NCBI GenBank assembly: GCA_949295025.1
Contig: CASFJK010000008.1
Span: forward strand, 606-64,605
Length of the DNA: 64,000 nt
Source: an uncultured Pseudomonadota bacterium
GTDB lineage: Bacteria > Pseudomonadota > Alphaproteobacteria > RF32 > CAG-239
Reading direction: 5' to 3'
Shown here: positions 49,345 to 58,689 of the stretch, one piece after another
Layout: every line of letters starts with the position of its first letter
Position numbering within the stretch: the first letter of the stretch is position 1
Notes under the pieces: model-generated
Seen by the model: the letters and a program-made list of their open reading frames with translations, nothing else
Database searches by the model: none
Told to the model about the DNA's origin: nothing
Position numbers and translations under genes: made by a program

Positions 49345-50208
49345 ATGCAAATGCAACAAACTTTGAAACAGCCGTTAACCATAGAAGGGATTGGTTTGCA
49401 TTCCGGATGCAAAGCCATTATGACCATTCATCCCGCTCACGAAAATTTTGGTATTGTTTTCAAAAGAGTAGATTTGGAGGGACAACCCGAGCTGAAAGGT
49501 TTATATTCTCAGATTGTAGATACCAGAAATTGCTCTTGTTTGGGCGACAAAAACGGAAATTGTGTTTCAACAATTGAGCATTTGATGGGTGCTTTATACA
49601 TGAAAGGCATTGACAACGCTTTGATAGAAATTAACAATCCGGAAATTCCGATTATGGATGGTAGCGCCAAAGTCTTTGCCGATATTTTTAAAGATGTTGA
49701 ATTGGTTGCGCAAAATGCACCGCGTCGCTATTTGAAGGTCAAAAAAGAAGTTGTTTTTGCAGATGACAAAGGAAACAGCGTTACTCTCAGCCCAAACGAT
49801 AAATTGCATATTCATTTTGCCATCGATTTTCCGTCAAAAATTGTTGGTCATCAAGAGTTTGATGCCGATATAAACGAACAAGTTTTTGAAAAAGAAATTG
49901 CGCCTTGTCGCACGTTTTGCGAAAAATATCAGGTCGATTATTTGCAATCCATTGGTTTGATTAAAGGCGGCAGCTTGGAAAATGCCGTTGTTTTGGATGG
50001 TGAAAACATTTTGAACGAAGGTGGTTTTCGAGTAGAAAACGAATGCGTCAATCATAAAGTTTTGGATGCTATCGGCGATTTATATACATCCGGTTATCGT
50101 GTTTTGGGACGTTTAGATGCTTCTAAGACCGGACATTTTCACACCAACGAGCTGTTGAAAAAACTTTTTGCCGATGAAAATAATTATGAAATTGTTGAGG
50201 AGATTTAG
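49345..50208 (+). CDS. lpxC: UDP-3-O-acyl-GlcNAc deacetylase
   Basis: GIGLHSG, STIEHLM, EIPIMDGSA, HKVLDAIGDL, GHFHT. Confidence 0.96.
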   Translation: MQMQQTLKQPLTIEGIGLHSGCKAIMTIHPAHENFGIVFKRVDLEGQPELKGLYSQIVDTRNCSCLGDKNGNCVSTIEHLMGALYMKGIDNALIEINNPEIPIMDGSAKVFADIFKDVELVAQNAPRRYLKVKKEVVFADDKGNSVTLSPNDKLHIHFAIDFPSKIVGHQEFDADINEQVFEKEIAPCRTFCEKYQVDYLQSIGLIKGGSLENAVVLDGENILNEGGFRVENECVNHKVLDAIGDLYTSGYRVLGRLDASKTGHFHTNELLKKLFADENNYEIVEEI

Positions 50209-50211
50209 AAG

Positions 50212-50973
50212 ATGAAAAAAAATCTGCTTATTCTGGCTTCAATTGTAACCTTGGGGTTATTGACAGCTTGTTCTTCCACACCAAAAGAAGAGCCTAAAAC
50301 AGCAGAAGGTTTGTATGAACAAGCTCAAGTTTATTTGAAAAAAGCATCTTACACCAAGGCCGCCGAAACATTTGAAAAGGTAGAGTTGGAACATCCTTAT
50401 TCTTCTTTAGCCTCAAAATCACGATTGATGGCAGCCTACTCTTATTATGAAGACAAAAAATATGATGATGCTGTTATCGCCTTGGACAGATTCATTAAAT
50501 ATCACCCCGGCAACAAAGATATTGCATATGCATATTACCTCAAAGCCATGTGCTATTATGAGCAGATTGTTGATGTCAGCCAAGACCAAAGCAACACCCA
50601 AAAAGCCATGCAGGCTCTGCGTGAAGTTATTATCCGCTTCCCCAATACCGAATATGCCAAAGATGCACGCTTGAAGTTGGATTTGACAGTTGACCACATG
50701 GCCGGACAAGAGATGTCTATCGGTCGTTGGTATTTAGGACAAGAAAACTATCTTTCTGCTTTGAACCGCTTTTCAACCGTGGTAAACCAATATCAAACCA
50801 CCACCCAAATTGAAGAAGCTTTGTACCGTCAGGTAGAAATTTACACCATTTTGGGATTGAACACCGAGGCTCAAAAAGCTTATCAGGTTTTGGAATATAA
50901 CTATCCTAAGAGCAAGTGGACCAAACAAGCCATGAGTTTGATTGAAAAAGGAATGACGGACAAAAAGGCATAG
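50212..50973 (+). CDS. bamD: Outer membrane assembly lipoprotein BamD
   Basis: Lipobox LTAC; TPR helices, HPYS, RFIKYHPG; lpxC-bamD-recN order. Confidence 0.93.
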   Translation: MKKNLLILASIVTLGLLTACSSTPKEEPKTAEGLYEQAQVYLKKASYTKAAETFEKVELEHPYSSLASKSRLMAAYSYYEDKKYDDAVIALDRFIKYHPGNKDIAYAYYLKAMCYYEQIVDVSQDQSNTQKAMQALREVIIRFPNTEYAKDARLKLDLTVDHMAGQEMSIGRWYLGQENYLSALNRFSTVVNQYQTTTQIEEALYRQVEIYTILGLNTEAQKAYQVLEYNYPKSKWTKQAMSLIEKGMTDKKA

Positions 50974-50976
50974 AAA

Positions 50977-52650
50977 ATGCTCCAAACTTTATCCATTCGC
51001 AATGTAGTATTAATCGACAAGCTGGATTTGGACTTCAAATCCGGCTTAAGCGTGTTAACAGGTGAAACCGGCGCCGGAAAATCCATTTTGCTCGATTCTT
51101 TAGGTATGGTAATCGGTAATCGTGCCGAAACATCTTTGATTCGCATGGGTGAAGATAAATTAAGCGTGACCGGTGTTTTTGACGAGCCGGCAGCAAATAG
51201 CCCGATAAGAAGCATTTTGGCAGAAAACGAGCTCGATTGCGATGGGGATTTAATCATCAAACGCACGCTTTCCAAAGACGGTAAAGGCAAAATTTTTATC
51301 AATGACCAAGCCGTAAGTTTGAAGTTGTTGAAAGAAATCGGCAAATATTTAGTTGAGGTTCACGGCCAATTTGACAACCAAGGTTTGCTCAATCCGGCAA
51401 ATCATTTAAGCGTTTTGGACGCTTATGGTAATTATGCCGATTTGCTGAGCGAAGTTAAGCAAAATTATGCCGCTTATAAAAATGCCAAAAAGCAAAGAAC
51501 TGAAGCGGAAACCAATATCTTAAAAGCCAAAGAAGATGAAGAAAACTTGCGCCATTGGGTTAAGGAGCTGGAAGCATCCGCCACTTATGAAGGTGAGGAA
51601 GAAGAGCTAACCAATCGCCGTTCTGAGCTGATGAATGCCGAAAAAATCATCGAAAATTTGTCTTATGCTTATAATGTTTTGACCCAAGGGCATGATGTGC
51701 AGTCTGCATTAAGACATGCCCAAGCGGCTATGGATAAAGCAGCCAGCCATGTCGAAGGAAAATATGATGAAATTATCGCGACGTTAGATCGGGCTTTGAT
51801 AGAAACATCCGAGGCCGTTAATCAGATTGAAGCCGCATCGGAAAATATTTCGATGAACACCAATGAGCTGGAAAACATTGAAAGCCGATTGTTCATGCTC
51901 AAAGGTTTGGCGCGCAAACATCAGGTAAGCGTGAGCGAGTTGCCGCAAGTTTTGGCAGATTTTCAAAAGCAGTTGGGACAAATTGAGTTTGGCGAAGAAG
52001 GGCTGGAAAATTTAAGAAAACTCGAGCAAGAAAAACGCTTACGTTATATCGAAAGCGCCAAAAAATTAAGTGCCGAGCGTAAAAAAGCCGCGGCAAAATT
52101 AGATAAGGCCGTGATGTCAGAGTTACCACCCTTGAAAATGGAAAAAGCCAAGTTTGTAACTGAAGTCAAAGAGTTAGACGAAGGTGGGTGGAGCGAAAAT
52201 GGCGCTGATGATGTCATGTTTACGGTTGCCACCAACCCAAATTCTCCGCAAGGACCAATTAACAAAATTGCCTCAGGTGGTGAGCTGGCGCGTTTTATGT
52301 TGGCATTGAAAGTCAATTTGGCGAACAGTTCAAGTGTCGGCACCATGATTTTTGATGAAGTTGATGCCGGTGTCGGCGGAGCAACTGCGCAAGCCGTGGG
52401 TGAAAGATTGGCACGTTTAGCGCAAAATGTGCAGGTTATGGTTGTCACCCATTCACCGCAAGTGGCCTCAAGAGGTAACCATCATTTCAAGGTGGAAAAA
52501 CATACTGAAAATAATGTCACCACCACCACGGTGCGTGAGTTGAATGCTACGGAGCGGCAGGAAGAAATTGCTCGTATGCTGGCAGGTGATATTATTACCG
52601 ATGAAGCCCGCGCCGCCGCCAATGTTCTCATCAATGCCAAGTCTGCTTAA
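50977..52650 (+). CDS. recN: DNA repair protein RecN
   Basis: TGETGAGKS, VHGQ, ASGGELAR, FDEVDAGVGG, VTHSPQVA. Confidence 0.97.
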   Translation: MLQTLSIRNVVLIDKLDLDFKSGLSVLTGETGAGKSILLDSLGMVIGNRAETSLIRMGEDKLSVTGVFDEPAANSPIRSILAENELDCDGDLIIKRTLSKDGKGKIFINDQAVSLKLLKEIGKYLVEVHGQFDNQGLLNPANHLSVLDAYGNYADLLSEVKQNYAAYKNAKKQRTEAETNILKAKEDEENLRHWVKELEASATYEGEEEELTNRRSELMNAEKIIENLSYAYNVLTQGHDVQSALRHAQAAMDKAASHVEGKYDEIIATLDRALIETSEAVNQIEAASENISMNTNELENIESRLFMLKGLARKHQVSVSELPQVLADFQKQLGQIEFGEEGLENLRKLEQEKRLRYIESAKKLSAERKKAAAKLDKAVMSELPPLKMEKAKFVTEVKELDEGGWSENGADDVMFTVATNPNSPQGPINKIASGGELARFMLALKVNLANSSSVGTMIFDEVDAGVGGATAQAVGERLARLAQNVQVMVVTHSPQVASRGNHHFKVEKHTENNVTTTTVRELNATERQEEIARMLAGDIITDEARAAANVLINAKSA

Positions 52651-52664
52651 ATGTTTTATTTTTG

Positions 52665-52871
52665 CCTAAACGATGCTCTTTCCCTTCGCCAAGAAAGCGG
52701 AAAGCAACGCGGTTTCTTGGTACCGCCCGTATGGTAATCAAACTGATGGGATTAAACGCGCTTTCTTTTCTTGTCTGAACGAGGTACAAAAGTGCCACCT
52801 TGCACATAAACAGCATCGCGGTCCACACGGCACAAAGACAAAACTGATGCGGTCAAGCTGGCTTCAGCTTG
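52665..52871. other. Structured, relatively GC-rich intergenic element (sRNA or MITE/REP-like)
   Basis: Nested inverted repeats CGATGCT/AGCATCG, CCAAGAAA/TTTCTTGG, CAAGCTG/CAGCTTG; direct repeat AAACTGATG x2. Confidence 0.45.
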
Positions 52872-53798
52872 TTAGGGGAGATAGGAGCGAGGGTTAACGG
52901 CTTTTTTGCCGGCACGAATTTCAAAGTGCAGTTGCGGGGTGCTGACACCGCCGGTACTGCCGACCGTGGCGATTTTCTCGCCTTTGCGCACTTTTTGCCC
53001 TTTTTTAACAAGGATTTTGTCATTATGCGCGTAGGCGGTTATCCAGCCGTCATTATGTTTAATTAAAATCAAATTACCAAAACCTTTAAGCTCATTTCCG
53101 GCATAAGCAATTGTTCCGGCATCGGCAGCTTTGACCGTAGATCCCAATGGTGCCTTAATGTTAATGCCGTCATTATTGCGTCCTTTGCCGATGGTTCCAA
53201 AATTAGAAATAACCGGACCTTTAACCGGCCACAGGAATTTTGATTTGCGTTTTTTCACCGGCGTCGGTTTGGTATAAGTTGCTTTTTTAGGGGTGGATTT
53301 TTTGCTGCTCCACCAAGAAGATGAAGAAGCCTTTTTCGTTGTTGTCTTTTGGGTGGTTGTTGAAGCTGTTTTAACTGTTGTTTGAGTAGATTTTTCTACC
53401 AAGCTTCCCGGAAGAATGAGCTTTTGTCCTACGGCAAGTGTATATGGTTCATCTAAGTCATTAAGACGGCTGATTGAGCTCATATCAACATTATAGCGTT
53501 TGGAAATACTGTAAAGAGTATCACCTCTTGCTACTATATGATATTTTGCGCTTGGAAGTTTGATGGTTTGACCAACATAGACGCGGTAAGGAGGTATCAT
53601 ATGGTTGGTTTCAATAATATCACGCAAGGGAACATTATAGCGACGAGAAATGCTATAGAGGGTGTCCCCTCTTGATACAACAACGGAATCCGGCGTTTCT
53701 CCCCACCAGGAATATCCCAACAAAGGGATTCCCGAGTTGCTGGAACATCCGCTTAAAAAGAGCCATAAGGCTAAAAATATATATGCCGGTTTTCTCAT
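52872..53798 (-). CDS. LysM-LysM-M23 lipoprotein (NlpD/DipM-like)
   Basis: Lipobox LSGC; two GDTLYSIS LysM repeats; WPVKG, NDGINI (degenerate HxxxD), HFEIR. Confidence 0.92.
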   Translation of the reverse strand: MRKPAYIFLALWLFLSGCSSNSGIPLLGYSWWGETPDSVVVSRGDTLYSISRRYNVPLRDIIETNHMIPPYRVYVGQTIKLPSAKYHIVARGDTLYSISKRYNVDMSSISRLNDLDEPYTLAVGQKLILPGSLVEKSTQTTVKTASTTTQKTTTKKASSSSWWSSKKSTPKKATYTKPTPVKKRKSKFLWPVKGPVISNFGTIGKGRNNDGINIKAPLGSTVKAADAGTIAYAGNELKGFGNLILIKHNDGWITAYAHNDKILVKKGQKVRKGEKIATVGSTGGVSTPQLHFEIRAGKKAVNPRSYLP

Positions 53799-53875
53799 CT
53801 TTTTTATAAATAAATATAAGCTTATAAAAGAAAAACTAGCATAAATAATTTAATATTTTGTAAAGCTAGTCTTTC

Positions 53876-54925
53876 TCATATTTGAAAGGGAGATTGATAA
53901 TTTTTTTTATCATTATCAGAAGTTGTCACCCCATATTGATGTTTTTTGAGAGCATTTTCAATGTGGCGTTTGGTGCGTTCCAACATATTATCTTCCGTAT
54001 CGGTAAAACCTTTGCGCTCGGTATAAGAAAGAATGAGCATTTGCGCATTATAAGTATCAACTCCGAGTTTTTTGATAATAGGTTTGGAAGCTTCATAAAT
54101 CTCTTGTGCCAAAGCAGCGGTTTTTTCCCGAGAATAATCATTTAAGATGAGACCGAATTTTGTTTTTTCAAAACGACCGATGGTGCATTTATTTTCAGTC
54201 TTTTCGGCACAGAGATTATAAATGGCTTTTAGGAGTTTATCTCCTCTTTCAAAACTAATTCCTTGATTGATAAATCGGCATAAATCTTTTGCTTCCACCA
54301 CCAAAAGAGCAAAATCTTGATTATAGCGTTTGGCGCGGTTAAAATCTTTTTCCAAACAAGAGAGAAATGCTTCCTGATTAAGAGCTTGTGTTAAGATATC
54401 TCGTTCAGAGAGTTCCAAGAGCTTGCTTTGCATTTCTTTGGCGGAAGATACATTTTTGCAAATAAAGCTAATGCCGGTGCATTGTAAAATTTCATTCAAA
54501 ATCGGGCGCTGATGACATTGCATGATGAGCGTGTTTCCTTCGGCATCGCGAATAAGAATTTCATTATTGACGATTTTGGTCTTTTTCAAAATTTTGTTTG
54601 TATAGCCAAGGACGTTGCTTTTAATAGCTTCACTATCTTCCATGAGTGTTCCGAAAACAGATTTTCCGATAAGTTCTTCTTTGTTAAAACCCAAATTTTG
54701 ACAAAGGGCATCATTGGCAAAGGTGATGATGAGGTCTTTATCGGTTTTAAAGTTCATATCATCGGTTGGAGTTTGGGAGTTATCGGAAGCTTGAGCAGAA
54801 GTTTCTTGCAAAAGTTCTTTGAGTTGCTGTTGTATGGTTTTGAGCTTTTTATATTGCCAAAAACAAATGCCGATGAGGATAAAAGCAACAACAGCCAAAG
54901 AGATAATTCCGATAAGCATGGTCAA
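53876..54925 (-). CDS. TM-PAS-degenerate GGDEF protein
   Basis: ITFANDALC...GFNKEELIGK PAS; RDILTQALN; GRFEKTKF in place of RxGGDEF. Confidence 0.82.
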   Translation of the reverse strand: MTMLIGIISLAVVAFILIGICFWQYKKLKTIQQQLKELLQETSAQASDNSQTPTDDMNFKTDKDLIITFANDALCQNLGFNKEELIGKSVFGTLMEDSEAIKSNVLGYTNKILKKTKIVNNEILIRDAEGNTLIMQCHQRPILNEILQCTGISFICKNVSSAKEMQSKLLELSERDILTQALNQEAFLSCLEKDFNRAKRYNQDFALLVVEAKDLCRFINQGISFERGDKLLKAIYNLCAEKTENKCTIGRFEKTKFGLILNDYSREKTAALAQEIYEASKPIIKKLGVDTYNAQMLILSYTERKGFTDTEDNMLERTKRHIENALKKHQYGVTTSDNDKKNYQSPFQI

Positions 54926-55048
54926 GCCTTTCAGTTAGAATGAAATTTAAGATAGAATAGCGGCAAAAACTGAATTTTTTATTAAATAAGAGGTTGCAAT
55001 TTGCAAATAAAAAACCTAATTTATGGTTGGTTAGAAAAGGAAAGTTTA

Positions 55049-56497
55049 ATGAATAGTCAAAAACCTGAAATCATTGATGAAAGCGGCGATAAATATAAAT
55101 ATGGCTTTGTTACGGACATTGCTGCCGATTCTGCGCCCAAAGGTTTGAACGAAGATATCATCAGGTTCATCTCGCAAAAGAAAGGTGAGCCCGATTGGTT
55201 ATTGGAATTTCGTTTGAAGGCTTATGAGTTCTGGAAAACCATGAAAGAGCCGACTTGGGCAAAGTTGAATTATGATAAAATAGATTATCAGGACTTGAGT
55301 TACTATTCTGCGCCCAAGCAAAAAGTGGCCCCCAAATCTTTGGATGAAGTAGATCCCGAGTTATTACAAACTTATGAAAAATTGGGCATTCCGTTAAAAG
55401 AGCAAGAAGTTTTGGCTGGTGTGGTTGCTGTTGATGCGGTGTTTGACAGTGTTTCGGTGGCAACAACTTATCGGCAAAAATTAGCTGAGCAAGGTATTAT
55501 ATTTTGCTCCATTTCTGAGGCAGTAAAAGAACATCCAGATTTGGTCAAACAGTATTTAGGTTCGGTCGTGCCTTATACCGACAATTTTTTTGCATGTTTG
55601 AACTCAGCCGTGTTTACCGATGGTTCTTTTGTTTATATTCCCAAAGGCGTGCGCTGCCCGATGGAATTGTCCACTTATTTCCGCATTAATGCTAAAAACA
55701 CCGGACAATTTGAAAGAACCTTGATTGTAGCCGATGATGAAAGCTACGTCAGCTATTTGGAAGGCTGCACCGCCCCACAAAGAGATGAAAATCAGCTCCA
55801 TGCCGCCATTGTTGAGATTGTGGTCAATAAAAATGCCGAGGTCAAATATTCCACCGTGCAAAACTGGTACCCCGGAGATAAAGACGGCAAAGGCGGCGTT
55901 TATAACTTTGTGACGAAGCGAGCGGCTTGCCGTGGCGAAAACTCTAAGGTTTCGTGGACACAAGTGGAAACCGGTTCGGCCGTCACTTGGAAATATCCTT
56001 CTTGCGTGTTACAAGGCGATAACTCTAGCGGTGAGTTTTATTCCGTAGCCATTACCAACAATCATCAACAGGCAGATACCGGTACCAAGATGATTCACAT
56101 TGGTAAAAACACCTCCTCAAAGATTATTTCCAAAGGCATTTCTGCCGGATTTTCCAATCAAACTTATCGCGGCTTAGTGAGGGTTGCCCCAAAAGCCGAT
56201 AATGCCAGAAATTATTCTCAGTGCGATAGTTTGCTGATTGGAAGCCACTGCGGCTCGCATACAGTGCCTTATGTGGAAAATAGAAATAAAACCGCCAAAT
56301 TGGAGCATGAGGCCACCACCTCAAAAATCAGTGATGAGCAGTTGTTCTACTGCCAGCAACGCGGCATTGGCGAAGAAGAGGCGGTAAGCCTGATTGTGAA
56401 TGGTTTTTGTAAAGAAGTGATGCAGCATTTGCCGATGGAATTTGCGATTGAAGCGGCAAAATTAATTAATATCAGTTTGGAAGGCAGCTTCGGATAG
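55049..56497 (+). CDS. sufB: Fe-S assembly scaffold SufB
   Basis: [34 protein letters not shown]. Confidence 0.98.
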   Translation: MNSQKPEIIDESGDKYKYGFVTDIAADSAPKGLNEDIIRFISQKKGEPDWLLEFRLKAYEFWKTMKEPTWAKLNYDKIDYQDLSYYSAPKQKVAPKSLDEVDPELLQTYEKLGIPLKEQEVLAGVVAVDAVFDSVSVATTYRQKLAEQGIIFCSISEAVKEHPDLVKQYLGSVVPYTDNFFACLNSAVFTDGSFVYIPKGVRCPMELSTYFRINAKNTGQFERTLIVADDESYVSYLEGCTAPQRDENQLHAAIVEIVVNKNAEVKYSTVQNWYPGDKDGKGGVYNFVTKRAACRGENSKVSWTQVETGSAVTWKYPSCVLQGDNSSGEFYSVAITNNHQQADTGTKMIHIGKNTSSKIISKGISAGFSNQTYRGLVRVAPKADNARNYSQCDSLLIGSHCGSHTVPYVENRNKTAKLEHEATTSKISDEQLFYCQQRGIGEEEAVSLIVNGFCKEVMQHLPMEFAIEAAKLINISLEGSFG

Positions 56498-56511
56498 ATA
56501 GGAAAAATAAG

Positions 56512-57270
56512 ATGACTACACCATTATTAGAAATTGAAGATTTACATGCAAGAGTAGCGGATAAAGAGATTATCAAAGGCTTTAACCTCACCATAAACGA
56601 GGGTGAAGTCCATGCCATCATGGGACCAAACGGCGCCGGAAAATCCACCTTGTCAAACGTTATTTGCGGCAAACCAGGCTATGAAATCACCTCCGGTTCG
56701 ATTCGCTTTAAGGGTAAAGATTTGACCAAAATGTCCGCAGAAGACCGCGCCAGAGAAGGCATTTTCTTGTGCATGCAATATCCGGTAGAAATCCCCGGTG
56801 TGGCAGTTACCACATTTTTGAAACATTCTATCAATGCTGTGAGAAAATATCACAACTTGCCGGAGTTAGACACCATGGAATTTGTCAAAATGGTGCGTGA
56901 AGAAGGCAAAAAACTGGGCATTGATAACGAGATGATAAAACGCCCCGTTAATGTTGGCTTTTCCGGTGGTGAGAAAAAACGCTTAGAGACCTTACAAATG
57001 AATATCTTAAAGCCTTCTTTTGCCATTTTGGATGAAGCAGATTCCGGTTTGGATGTCGATGCTTTGAAGGTGGTGGCAGAAGGGATGAATGCTTTAAGAG
57101 ACGGCAAACGTTCCATGCTTATTATCACCCACTATCAACGCTTGTTGGAATATGTCGTGCCAGACTTTGTTCATGTTTATGCTGACGGACATATTGTAAA
57201 ATCAGGCGATAAAACCTTGGCGGCAGAAATTGAAAAAGACGGCTATGCCGAATATACAAGAGAGAGATAA
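56512..57270 (+). CDS. sufC: Fe-S assembly ATPase SufC
   Basis: GPNGAGKST, QYPVEIPGV, GFSGGEKKR, ITHYQRLL. Confidence 0.98.
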   Translation: MTTPLLEIEDLHARVADKEIIKGFNLTINEGEVHAIMGPNGAGKSTLSNVICGKPGYEITSGSIRFKGKDLTKMSAEDRAREGIFLCMQYPVEIPGVAVTTFLKHSINAVRKYHNLPELDTMEFVKMVREEGKKLGIDNEMIKRPVNVGFSGGEKKRLETLQMNILKPSFAILDEADSGLDVDALKVVAEGMNALRDGKRSMLIITHYQRLLEYVVPDFVHVYADGHIVKSGDKTLAAEIEKDGYAEYTRER

Positions 57271-58677
57271 ATGGGCGGATTGGTTCAAAAAGTAAAATTG
57301 TTCGGAGAATATATTCCGTGGTTTCAGGCCATGCGGGATAAAGGGGCTATTGCCTTTGACGAACTTGGTCTGCCAACCCCAAAAACCGAGGCTTGGAAAT
57401 ATACCAAATTAAGAGATTTGAACACTGATGATTTGGTAATTGAACCGTCTAACTTTTTGGCAGAAATGCGCGTAGCGGCAGAAGAAGCCTGCGGTTGTCA
57501 TCATGAAGACGGCGGCTGCGGCTGTCATCATCACCATGGCGAGGGTTGCTGTTGCGGTCATCATCACGAAGAAGGTGAATGTCATTGTCATGAAGAGGGG
57601 CATGTTTGCGAGTGCCAACAAAAATTGCATGTTCCGTTTGAGGCTTATGTCATCCATTTTGAAAAAGGCAAGATGATTCCGCCGTTCCCTGATTTCCCGC
57701 GCGGGGTTGAGGTCATGAACTTGATGGAAGCCGTTTTGACCGAAGATGCCAAAGAATATTTAGGCAAGGTGGTAGATATCAAACTTCATCCTTTTGCCGC
57801 TCTGAATAATGCGTATATGGAAGAAGGCATTTATCTTTGCGTGCATAAAAATGTGAAGGTCGATAAGCCGATTGTACTGATTAACCATACCAAGAGCGGT
57901 GAAGAGAATATCTTTTTTAATATCCGCAATTTGATTGTGTTGGAGCAAGGCGCTGAGGCTGAGTTTGTTGAGTGGTATAATTACACAGGAGCGGTCAAGT
58001 CACGCTATTTTGCCAATGTGGTAAACGAGATTGTCTTAGGTAAAAATGCCAAATTGAGCCATTACAAATTGCAAGACGAGGCTTTTAAGGCTAACCACAT
58101 TGCTTTGAGCGTGGTCAAACAAAAATCCGATTCGAACTATCATAATTGCTGTTTGCAAAGAGGTGCCAATATCGGCAGAAACGAGGTTAAGGTTTTGCTG
58201 AATGATGAAAATGCCTCTGCTGAGGTGAATGCTGCCTACATTATGTCTGGCTGGGCAACTTTGGATACCACCACCGATATTTTGCACTTATCGCCGAGAA
58301 CATATTCATCACAACTTGTCAAAGGCGTGGTCGGTGGCGAGGCTAAAGGTGTTTTCCAAGGCAAAATCCATATTGCGCCAGATGCCGTCCAAACCGAGGG
58401 CAACCAGTTGCATCGTGCATTGTTGTTGACTGATACGGCAGAAATTGACGTTAAGCCGGAGTTAGAGATTTTTGCCGATGACGTGAAGTGCTCTCATGGT
58501 GCAGCCAGCGGTGAGTTAGATGAAAATCAACTCTTTTATATGCAGTCCCGCGGTATCGGCAGGGAAGAAGCTAAACAAATTTTGATAGATGCTTATTTGA
58601 ATGAGGCGCTAGATAAGGTGAAAAATCCGGAAATTCGCGCTTGGCTGTCGGACTATGCCCACGCTCCGCAAGAATAA
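57271..58677 (+). CDS. sufD: SufD with His/Cys-rich insertion
   Basis: EAWKYT, KPELEIFADDVKCSHGA, LFYMQSRGI. Confidence 0.95.
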   Translation: MGGLVQKVKLFGEYIPWFQAMRDKGAIAFDELGLPTPKTEAWKYTKLRDLNTDDLVIEPSNFLAEMRVAAEEACGCHHEDGGCGCHHHHGEGCCCGHHHEEGECHCHEEGHVCECQQKLHVPFEAYVIHFEKGKMIPPFPDFPRGVEVMNLMEAVLTEDAKEYLGKVVDIKLHPFAALNNAYMEEGIYLCVHKNVKVDKPIVLINHTKSGEENIFFNIRNLIVLEQGAEAEFVEWYNYTGAVKSRYFANVVNEIVLGKNAKLSHYKLQDEAFKANHIALSVVKQKSDSNYHNCCLQRGANIGRNEVKVLLNDENASAEVNAAYIMSGWATLDTTTDILHLSPRTYSSQLVKGVVGGEAKGVFQGKIHIAPDAVQTEGNQLHRALLLTDTAEIDVKPELEIFADDVKCSHGAASGELDENQLFYMQSRGIGREEAKQILIDAYLNEALDKVKNPEIRAWLSDYAHAPQE

Positions 58678-58689
58678 AGGACAAATCTG

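Noticed and set aside
48967-49427. Minus-strand ORFs of 130 aa and 87 aa
   Set aside because: They are antisense to the RNase P RNA gene and lpxC, so they are shadows.
52631-52897. 65-aa and 74-aa ORFs in the recN-M23 spacer
   Set aside because: No RBS or motifs and they overlap flanking genes; the region is better explained as a structured element.
54936-55006. Possible Irr/Fur-like sites upstream of sufB (TTAGAA..., TTGCAA-T-TTGCAA)
   Set aside because: Only partial matches with non-canonical spacing; TTGCAA may simply be the -35 element.
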